DNA of 64,000 bases from an uncultured Planctomycetaceae bacterium (GCA_964449435.1 CAYUYR010000008.1:6038-70037), one strand, 5' to 3'. Numbered from the stretch's first letter, positions 1 through 6,657 are shown. The notes: generated by a model from the letters alone, not told the origin. Numbers and translations are program-made.

Positions 1-820
1 CTGTCCCAACAAAGGCGAGTGCTGGAGCAGAGGCACCGCAACCGTCCTTATCCTCGGCAATATCTGCACCCGAAATTGCAAATTTTGTTCTGTTCCTAAG
101 GGCACCCCCGCCCCGCCGGACAAAACCGAACCGCAAAGAGTTGCCGAATTGGCAAAACAATTAAAAATCAAATATCTCGTCATCACTTCCGTCACAAGGG
201 ACGATTTACCTGACGCCGGCGCATCGCATTTCGGAGATGTAATAAATACTGTGCGTCAAAATGTCATTTCGACCGAAGTCCCGACTGGTCGGGACGAAGC
301 GGAGAAATCTAAAAAACAGATTTCTCGACTCACCTCCGGCTCGCTCGAAATGACAAGGAGTAATATCAAATTCGAACTCCTCGTTCCCGACTTTAGACAT
401 TGCCAAACAAACGCCCTTGAAATTCTCACCGATGCTTTGCCTTTTGTTTTCGGTCATAATTTGGAGACTGTGCCGAGACTATACAAAACCGCAAGAGGCG
501 GCGCAGACTATCAGGCCTCGTTGAAGCTTCTCGAAATGGCCAAAAAACTTTTGCCCCAAACAACGACAAAATCTTCGATTATGCTCGGCCTTGGCGAAAC
601 AGATAATGAAATCGAACAGGTTTTAAAAGACCTGCGAAGTGTCGATTGCGCTCGTATTGCTATCGGCCAGTATTTAAAGCCCTCGAAGGACTCTCTTGAC
701 GTTGTCGAATATATTCCGCCGGAAAAATTCGATTATTGGTCTGACTATGCCAAGCGGTTGGGTTTTACTTGGGTATTGTCTAGCCCTCTTACGCGCAGCA
801 GTTATTACGCTGAAACGTAG
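1..820 (+). CDS. lipA: Lipoyl synthase (radical SAM); 5' end truncated by window edge
   Basis: The frame from nt 2 reads CPNKGECWSRGTATVLILGNICTRNCKFCSV (CxxxCxxC radical-SAM triad). It continues without a stop into ORF 149..820 (YLVITSVTRDDL, HNLETVPRLY, MLGLGETDNEIEQVL, GQYLKPS, SSPLTRSSYYAE). Confidence 0.9.
   Translation, partial: CPNKGECWSRGTATVLILGNICTRNCKFCSVPKGTPAPPDKTEPQRVAELAKQLKIKYLVITSVTRDDLPDAGASHFGDVINTVRQNVISTEVPTGRDEAEKSKKQISRLTSGSLEMTRSNIKFELLVPDFRHCQTNALEILTDALPFVFGHNLETVPRLYKTARGGADYQASLKLLEMAKKLLPQTTTKSSIMLGLGETDNEIEQVLKDLRSVDCARIAIGQYLKPSKDSLDVVEYIPPEKFDYWSDYAKRLGFTWVLSSPLTRSSYYAET
263..354. repeat. Nested palindromic element inserted in frame within lipA
   Basis: A 10-bp terminal inverted repeat gtcatttcga (263-272) / tcgaaatgac (345-354) encloses two inner hairpins: gtcccgac/gtcgggac (278-285/288-295) and gagaaatct/agatttctc (302-310/318-326). 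The encoded peptide has no counterpart between IR..NP and IEVL..PDF in the E. coli and B. subtilis LipA sequences as I recall them. Confidence 0.6.
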
Positions 821-900
821 GCCGAAAACAGGACAAAAAAACTTCACTTTCCCCTTTTATCTTTTACTTTTCGCCTTTTAATTCTATAATATCGCCGAAA

Positions 901-1524
901 ATGAAGACCGGCAAAAACCACAATAATCATAAAGACAAAATAGACGAGCAGGAGCTGCTTCATCGTTATGTTGCTGGCGACAGGGATGCTTTTCAGCAGC
1001 TTGTAAACCGATATAAAAACCCTCTTTATGCGTTTTTAAGACGTTTTTTGAATCAAACCCAGCTCATCGAGGAAGCCTTCCAGGAGACTTTTCTCCAGCT
1101 CTATCGCAGCCGAAAAACGTTTGAAAAAGACAGGCCGCTAATGCCCTGGCTGTTCACAATAGCCGCTAATAAGGCCAAAGACGCACTAAGAAAACAACAA
1201 AGACGCGATACTATCTCATTAGGCTCTATGACAGAGACCGAAGAATTCGGCGTAGATGACGTCCTGAACTCCCTAAAGTCTTATGATATAACACCTTACG
1301 ATGAGGCGGAAAGGGCAGAAAGGGCCGAAAAAGTACGCAAAATCATCGAAAATATGCCCGAAAATCTTAAAGAAATCCTCATTTTGGCCTATTTTGAACA
1401 ATTTTCTTACAAACAAATGGCGGAGATGTTGCGTATTCCAATAGGGACGGTGAAAAGCAGGCTCCACACGGCCATAGTTCACTTTACTAGAAAATGGAAA
1501 TCTTTGAACAACGAGATTATTTGA
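901..1524 (+). CDS. ECF-type RNA polymerase sigma-70 family factor
   Basis: 207 aa. Region 2 reads LVNRYKNPLYAFLRRFL...EEAFQETFLQLYRS...PWLFTIAANKAKDALRK. The region 4 HTH reads EILILAYFEQFSYKQMAEMLRIPIGTVKSRLHTAIVHF. Its stop overlaps the next start (TGATG). Confidence 0.9.
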   Translation: MKTGKNHNNHKDKIDEQELLHRYVAGDRDAFQQLVNRYKNPLYAFLRRFLNQTQLIEEAFQETFLQLYRSRKTFEKDRPLMPWLFTIAANKAKDALRKQQRRDTISLGSMTETEEFGVDDVLNSLKSYDITPYDEAERAERAEKVRKIIENMPENLKEILILAYFEQFSYKQMAEMLRIPIGTVKSRLHTAIVHFTRKWKSLNNEII

Positions 1525-2582
1525 TGGACAAACTTAACAAGGAGCAACGCGATATTCTACTCGATTACTACTTCGAGTGCGCAGGCCAGCAGGAAAGCGA
1601 AACAGCGAAAGAACTCCTCGAAACACATCAGGGCGCCATCGAATTCTACAACCGACTCAACCACTCGCTCTCTGCGCTGGAACACCTCGACCACGAAGTA
1701 TGCGCATCCTGTCCGGACCACCTCGTCGAAAAAACACTCGATAAACTCTACTCCCATACCGCTAAAACCGAACCGGTGAGCCAACTCGATAAACTCCTTC
1801 AGGCCGAAAGCGAAAAAGTTGTTACCAAACGGCCGAGCTTCTGGCGAAACTTCGCCGAGGCCGCAGCCGTCGCCGCAGGCGTTGTAATCCTCTCGAGTAT
1901 TTTCGTTCCCGTAACAAGACAAATGCGGGCTATGGCCTGGCAGGCAGCCTGTCAGTCAAACCTTGCCAAAATCGCGCAAGGCATAACCAGATACGCAAAC
2001 GACAACAGCAACTCACTGCCCGCAGTCGCTGCAAAAGCCGGAAACCCGTGGTGGAAGGTCGGCTCGACCCAACCGCAACATCAGTCCAATACGAGACACG
2101 TATGGGTGCTCGTTAAAAACAATTACGCCGAGCCGAAACTGTTCGTATGCCCCGGCGGGACAAGAGAAAAACTGCCGATGCTCGACAAGGCACAAATCGC
2201 AAACCTCGCCGATTTTCCGAACAGAAGATATATAACGTACAGCTTTAAACTTATCAGCGAACCAAATAAGGCAAAATACCCGTTAAGCGCAGCGCCTCTG
2301 ATGTCGGATACCAATCCGATTTTCGAGACCTGCCTGCAGAACCCCGGCTGCGTCGATAAAAATGAATTCGACCCGATTACACTTAGCGAAAAATTACTGA
2401 AAATCAACAGCACAAGCCATCGCGGCAGAGGCCAGAACGTTATGTTCAGCGACGGCGCGGTCAGATTCACATCGCAAAGAGTCATCGGCTCAGACGACGA
2501 TATATTTACCGTAAAAGACAGAAAGGTCTATCGCGGCACAGAAACAACAAGCAGCGAATCCGATATTTTCCTCGTTCCGTGA
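1524..2582 (+). CDS. Putative anti-sigma factor fused to a DUF1559 (H-X9-DG, pseudopilin-like) extracytoplasmic domain
   Basis: The ATG at 1524 is translationally coupled to the sigma gene. The N-terminal domain carries a HEVCASCPDH Cys/His motif. One TM helix follows (FWRNFAEAAAVAAGVVILSSIFVPV). The C-terminal body ends in SHRGRGQNVMFSDGAVRF, an H-X10-DG variant of the DUF1559 signature. Confidence 0.7.
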   Translation: MDKLNKEQRDILLDYYFECAGQQESETAKELLETHQGAIEFYNRLNHSLSALEHLDHEVCASCPDHLVEKTLDKLYSHTAKTEPVSQLDKLLQAESEKVVTKRPSFWRNFAEAAAVAAGVVILSSIFVPVTRQMRAMAWQAACQSNLAKIAQGITRYANDNSNSLPAVAAKAGNPWWKVGSTQPQHQSNTRHVWVLVKNNYAEPKLFVCPGGTREKLPMLDKAQIANLADFPNRRYITYSFKLISEPNKAKYPLSAAPLMSDTNPIFETCLQNPGCVDKNEFDPITLSEKLLKINSTSHRGRGQNVMFSDGAVRFTSQRVIGSDDDIFTVKDRKVYRGTETTSSESDIFLVP

Positions 2583-2584
2583 TG

Positions 2585-2626
2585 AAGGAAGTAAGGATGT
2601 AAAGAAGTAAAGAAGCAAGGAAATAT
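2585..2626 (+). repeat. Purine-rich dispersed module (copy 1)
   Basis: aaggaagtaaggatgtaaagaagtaaagaagcaaggaaatat closely resembles the reverse complement of 31073-31106 (aaggaagtaaagaggtaaagaagtaaggaaatat). Confidence 0.6.
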
Positions 2627-2631
2627 GGATT

Positions 2632-2666
2632 AACATCCAACATTGAACATCGAACATTGAACTTCC
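2632..2666. repeat. 5 x 7-bp tandem repeat (AACATYS units)
   Basis: aacatcc aacattg aacatcg aacattg aacttcc, read directly from the sequence. Intergenic. Confidence 0.8.
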
Positions 2667-2700
2667 AATAAGAAGCTGCTTTGGCTGGGAAGTATAAATT

Positions 2701-2734
2701 TCACCACAGAGGCACGGAGAACTAAGAGAATATC
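2701..2734 (-). repeat. Cassette 3' tail module (copy 1)
   Basis: The minus strand reads gATATTCTCTtagttctccGTGCCTCTGTGgtga, about 35 nt after the stop of the 2769-3695 gene. It shares ATATTCTCT and a GTGCyTCTGTG core with 3819-3860. Confidence 0.45.
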
Positions 2735-2768
2735 AAAAATCAAACATTTAACAGGAGAAAATGAAAGT

Positions 2769-3695
2769 TTAATTCATAACAGTATCATATAAGTTATCAA
2801 GTTGCTTTTTATGTTTGACTGATAACCCTGAAACCGTCCATATGATTCGTTGATACATATTACTAAATCGAGGTCTTTGAGAAGGTATATCAATAAGGGT
2901 TGAAGTTGATACAACCACTGATATAATCCGGCTTTTCGAAAAATACTTTTCAAAATGCCTACTGTGTTTATTAAGAAATTTATCATTATTTTTTTGTATT
3001 ATTTCAGCTGCGATATTGGTGTTTCCGGCCTTTAAGACCATATTCTCTGGAAGAAGTTCATCAATATTTATCGCCACGATTCCGAATTCAAATCCTTTTT
3101 CTATCTGACCAACTCCTTCGGATAAAACGTTTTGGACATGTTTTTCTGAATATAATTTCTTACAAGCAATTGCAATATGAGAATCATTGTAATCTATCGT
3201 AACATCTGGTTCTTCCAACTTTACATTCTCAGTTTTTTCTCGAAGCCATGACCAAACTTCCAGTTCCCATAAGAAACTTTTAGCTTCAGACTTCTCTCTT
3301 TTAAAGAAATCAAGAGTGCCTGAAAGTAGTTTTTTGAGATATAGACATTGAGTTTGTTGGTCCTCATTTTGTAAAGGTAAAATTGCCTTTGCAACTCGGT
3401 CCAAATGAAGACAAAGAAAGAAGTTATTCCGCGAGTACTGTTTCCCTGATAATTGGAGTTCCCAACAATTTTTGGTATTTTGAATCATATGAGCAAGCTC
3501 AGACTCTGACTGCAAAACAATGTTTGCTTTTTTATAGAGATTTTCAATTTCAACAGCTTTATCTTTAAGTTTTTGAAAATCGGAAACTTCTGTATTGGCA
3601 GCACTATCGGTCACCCAGCCAGCAGGCACTAAAATTCCTGACGGTCGAATATTCCAAATTTTTTTAACTTGCTTCAATGCTAAAATAACTTTCAT
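2769..3695 (-). CDS. Hypothetical protein (308 aa), no family recognised; weak PD-(D/E)xK-like stretch
   Basis: The ORF is open 2769..3782. The ATG at 3695 (MKVILALKQ) is the first start downstream of the promoter module at 3738-3780. AT-rich. The segment FLWELEVWSWLREKTENVKLEEPDVTIDYNDSHIAIACKK resembles a nuclease core (E...PD...xCK) but lacks the acidic residue of ExK. Confidence 0.7.
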   Translation of the reverse strand: MKVILALKQVKKIWNIRPSGILVPAGWVTDSAANTEVSDFQKLKDKAVEIENLYKKANIVLQSESELAHMIQNTKNCWELQLSGKQYSRNNFFLCLHLDRVAKAILPLQNEDQQTQCLYLKKLLSGTLDFFKREKSEAKSFLWELEVWSWLREKTENVKLEEPDVTIDYNDSHIAIACKKLYSEKHVQNVLSEGVGQIEKGFEFGIVAINIDELLPENMVLKAGNTNIAAEIIQKNNDKFLNKHSRHFEKYFSKSRIISVVVSTSTLIDIPSQRPRFSNMYQRIIWTVSGLSVKHKKQLDNLYDTVMN

Positions 3696-3737
3696 TAAGG
3701 TCTTACTGAAATTATATGTTAACTTTGGGGGATGGGC

Positions 3738-3780
3738 AAAATTATATCTTTTTTTGTTTTTAAAATCAATGGGGAAAAAC
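3738..3780 (-). promoter_or_regulatory. 43-bp promoter module, copy 1 (TTGATT-N17-TATAAT)
   Basis: On the minus strand the -35 TTGATT lies at 3769..3764, the -10 TATAAT at 3746..3741, and the spacer is 17 nt. 41 of 43 positions are identical to 4647-4690. Confidence 0.7.
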
Positions 3781-3811
3781 ACGGAACGAACCCGCCAGCA
3801 GGCAGGCGGGG
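3775..3811 (-). terminator. Hairpin plus T-rich tract downstream of the Abi_C gene
   Basis: The minus strand has cccgcc-tgcctgct-ggcggg followed by ttcgttccgtgttttt. Confidence 0.4.
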
Positions 3812-3818
3812 TAAACTC

Positions 3819-3860
3819 CGAGCACAGAGAGCACAGATCGACACAGAGAATATAGAGAAC
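3819..3860 (-). repeat. Cassette 3' tail module (copy 2)
   Basis: The minus strand reads ctATATTCTCTgtgtcgatctGTGCTCTCTGTGctcgg, about 22 nt after the stop of the Abi_C gene. Confidence 0.45.
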
Positions 3861-3881
3861 GCTGAGTTATTGCCTTTTCTT

Positions 3882-4631
3882 CTATTTACTTCTTTTTTGT
3901 TCCCAAGTTGCTAAAATAAATGTTGCCATTGTTCCTGCTAAATTTACGGCCAATTCAGCATGTCGAGGTAATGGACGAACTGCGACTTTGCTACTCGCAT
4001 GCGCATCACTCAATTTGTTTCTTAAGGAACCTAATCCCTCTATAATTGAATGACATCCACCAAGAATTTGTTTAAACAATCGCTCTGTATGCTGGCTTGG
4101 AGAAAGATTAAGATGATGAGCAACAAGGCTATACAATTTTGGCAAATCGTCTTTGTCCTGATAGGTAATATTACTTTCATCCAGTACATGTTTACAAACA
4201 GCTTCTAGCAGCGTTCTGGCTGAAGTAATTGCACCCTCTGGGTCAGATATTCTTCTATCGAGAGCTTTCTTCCAAGCCATTTGTATAGATGCTGAATCAA
4301 CCGTAGTGAGTTTTTCACTATTCACACTATCGGATGGAGCATGCGAGGATTGCTCCAGAAAGGACAACACAGGATCAAATTGCGCACGTATAAATTCCCG
4401 GCGTTCATCGTAATGAGCAAATTTAGGCTTAATAAATCCCCAAAATTCATCAAGACTTCGACATGACTGGATAAAAATAGGTAATTTTTGATTTAATAAG
4501 GTATTGGCGATAAGTCTTCCTCTAATCTGTTTGTACTCAGCATCAGACGTATTTCCACCAGTTGCTCTTGCTATCAACATATTCTTGAGGCTTTCGACCT
4601 CCATCAATAAGTTTTCAATATCATCAGACAT
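3882..4631 (-). CDS. Abortive-infection-like protein with Abi_C-type C-terminal domain
   Basis: The C-terminal half matches the Abi_C pattern as I recall it: PEGAITSARTLLEAVCKHVL ... IIEGLGSLRNKLSDAHAS ... LPRHAELAVNLAGTMATFILATWE. ATG at 4631 (MSDDIENLL) is preferred as the start. The ORF track begins at TTG 4637. Confidence 0.8.
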   Translation of the reverse strand: MSDDIENLLMEVESLKNMLIARATGGNTSDAEYKQIRGRLIANTLLNQKLPIFIQSCRSLDEFWGFIKPKFAHYDERREFIRAQFDPVLSFLEQSSHAPSDSVNSEKLTTVDSASIQMAWKKALDRRISDPEGAITSARTLLEAVCKHVLDESNITYQDKDDLPKLYSLVAHHLNLSPSQHTERLFKQILGGCHSIIEGLGSLRNKLSDAHASSKVAVRPLPRHAELAVNLAGTMATFILATWEQKRSK

Positions 4632-4646
4632 TGCCAATATTCCTAA

Positions 4647-4690
4647 AAAATTATATCTCTTTTTGTTTTCAAAATCAATGGGGAAAAAAC
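4647..4690 (-). promoter_or_regulatory. 43-bp promoter module, copy 2 (TTGATT-N17-TATAAT)
   Basis: On the minus strand the -35 TTGATT lies at 4678..4673, the -10 TATAAT at 4655..4650, and the spacer is 17 nt. The ATG at 4631 is only about 12 nt from the expected transcription start. Confidence 0.7.
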
Positions 4691-4714
4691 GTGGATTCCC
4701 GCTTCCGCGGGAAT
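4684..4714 (-). terminator. Terminator-like hairpin (8-bp stem, GGAA loop, T-run)
   Basis: The minus strand reads attcccgc-ggaa-gcgggaat followed by ccacgtttttt. It abuts promoter module copy 2. Confidence 0.5.
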
Positions 4715-4848
4715 GACGGACCCTGCCATTGTAATGGCGGGGCTAACCACGAATAGCGGAAAATGTGGAAAAGGCAATAAAAATTGATAGATTCTTCACT
4801 GCGCTGCGCTCCGTTCAGAATGACAATGAGTACGTATATGCGGGATAG

Positions 4849-4873
4849 AAAAAAACATCCTCGCAAAGCGAGG
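4849..4873 (-). terminator. Rho-independent terminator of the DUF502 gene
   Basis: The minus strand reads cctcgc-ttt-gcgagg, then atg, then ttttttt, about 70 nt after the stop at 4942. Confidence 0.55.
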
Positions 4874-4941
4874 TATTCCCCTGCACCCCGATAGGACAGT
4901 TGCGACATCCCACAGGGCAGGCAGGTCAGGGGGTTAAAACA

Positions 4942-5481
4942 TTACTTTCCTGATACACCGCCGGAGACTACGAAGGCCATCGCTTTTGAAACCTTAATGT
5001 CCAACGGAACAACCCGCTCAGCAGGGAAAATCAAAACCGAACCTGCGAAATTGTACGACTGAGGAAAATAAACAGCGACACTTCCGGGCAAAGATAAAAA
5101 TCCCAAATCTTCCTGAGTGATAAAACCAATCGCCTTTGGGCCGCCGACGGTAAGCTCGACAATTACGGGCCTGTCAAAACTTTTTCTTCCGCCGGTAAAT
5201 GCGTCTATTACATCCTTGAGCGATAAATAGAGCAGTTTGACTACGGGCAGGCGAGAAAAGAGCTTGTCAATGAGGCCGAATAATCTATCGCCTATATAAT
5301 TGGAAGCCAAAAAGCCAATCAACGTAATAAAGGCGAGCGCAGCAAGCAGGCCGAGGCCGGGGATGGGGATACTTAAAAGCTGGTCGAATTTTTGGATTGC
5401 CACGACCACAACGAGTACCGTTATGGCGGCTGGGACAAAAACCAAAAGACCCTTGAGAAAATAACCTATTAATCGTTTCAT
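4942..5481 (-). CDS. DUF502 family membrane protein
   Basis: 179 aa. MKRLIGYFLKGLLVFVPAAITVLVVVVAI plus a second TM segment, the typical DUF502 layout. Confidence 0.75.
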   Translation of the reverse strand: MKRLIGYFLKGLLVFVPAAITVLVVVVAIQKFDQLLSIPIPGLGLLAALAFITLIGFLASNYIGDRLFGLIDKLFSRLPVVKLLYLSLKDVIDAFTGGRKSFDRPVIVELTVGGPKAIGFITQEDLGFLSLPGSVAVYFPQSYNFAGSVLIFPAERVVPLDIKVSKAMAFVVSGGVSGK

Positions 5482-5534
5482 AATTTGTTCCTTAACATAT
5501 AAACAAACAAACCCGCCGGATAAACCGGCGGGCT

Positions 5535-6657
5535 TTAGGACTTTTGTCTGTGTTTTTTCTCTGCTCTGTATTGCAGGTAGCTGTCTATAAATTCCTCGAT
5601 GTCGCCGTCAAGGACGGCATCAACTTTTCCGGTCTGGCAGTCAGTTCGATGGTCTTTTACCAACTGGTAAGGCTGAAGGACGTAGCTGCGAATCTGATTT
5701 CCCCATGCGATTTCGCCTTTTGCGCCGTAAAGTTTCGCAACTTCGGCGTCGCGCTTCTGCTGCTCCAACATATACAATTTAGCCTTTAACATTTTGAATG
5801 CTTCGGCCTTGTTGCGGTGCTGCGAGCGGTCGCTTTGGCACTGGGTAACAATTCCGGTAGGCGCGTGGGTGATGCGGACGGCTGAACTTGTTTTGTTGAC
5901 GTGCTGGCCGCCTGCGCCGCCTGCACGGTAAAAATCGATTCGCAAATCCTTTTCGTCAATTTCGATATCTATGTCTTCATCGTATTCGGGCAAACAATCA
6001 ACGGCGGCAAAACTCGTATGGCGTCTTTTGTTGGCATCGAAAGGACTGATTCTGACGAGACGATGGACGCCTGCCTCACAGGAAAGTTTGCCGAAAGCAA
6101 AGGGGCCGGCGACTTTGAGCGTAACGGAACGCAGGCCCGCCTCTTCGCCGGGGGTCATATCAAGCTCTTCGTAAGTGAATTTGTTCTGCTGGAAAAATCT
6201 GGTGTACATCCGCAGGAGCATACTGACCCAGTCGCAGCTTTCCGTACCGCCTGCGCCGGCGTGGATACTGAAAAAGCAATTTTTCGTATCGTCGGGGCCG
6301 CTGAGCAGGCCCGTAAGCTCGATTCGGGCACAATCTTTTTCAAGCCGGATAAGCTCCTGCTCGGAATCGGCGATGATTTGTGCGTCATTTTCGGCAAGGG
6401 CCACCTCAAAAAGCTCGGCGAGGTCGGTGATTTTCTTTTCTGCATCTATTACAGGCTCAATAACGGCTTTTAATGCGCTGAGCCTGGAGACGACCGGTTT
6501 TGCGGAGTCGGGATTATCCCAAAAACCCTGATGAGACATCTGCTCCTGGAGGTTTTGCCTATCGGCGAGTTTGCCGGACAAGTCAAAGCCAGTCCCGGAT
6601 TTTTGTTATCCGGGCCCTGAGGTCGTTAATTCTCTGCTTAAGCTGGGCTAATTCCAT
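5535..6657 (-). CDS. prfB: Peptide chain release factor 2, expressed via programmed +1 frameshift
   Basis: ATG at 6657 opens 24 codons (MELAQLKQRINDLRARITKIRDWL) that end at CTT TGA C. The +1 frame then continues DLSGKLADRQ... into ORF 5535..6581, which carries SPF (SPFDANKRRHTSFA) and GGQ (AGGAGGQHVNKT) motifs. Confidence 0.95.
6582..6588 (-). other. RF2 autoregulatory +1 frameshift site CTT TGA C
   Basis: The minus-strand heptamer cttTGAc contains the in-frame stop at 6585..6583, which is codon 25 from the ATG at 6657. Confidence 0.9.

Noticed and set aside
2761-2772. Mini-ORF ATG-AAA-GTT-TAA after AGGAG on the plus strand
   Set aside because: It is only 3 codons long and its SD spacing is too short (3 nt). 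It overlaps the stop of the convergent gene and is probably fortuitous.
4675-4908. 77-aa ORF in the hairpin-rich spacer
   Set aside because: It translates palindromic repeat units (for example SFPRKRES from the attcccgcggaagcgggaat hairpin). It has no start context and no coding-like composition.
2583-4941. Integron-like gene cassette array
   Set aside because: There is no integron integrase nearby. Each cassette carries its own promoter, whereas integron cassettes are usually promoterless. I found no convincing attC structure with RYYYAAC/GTTRRRY cores in the tails.
5535-6657. Apparent in-frame stop near the 5' end of prfB, which could be read as a pseudogene
   Set aside because: The interruption is the conserved CTT TGA C programmed +1 frameshift site of RF2, and the joined product is full length.
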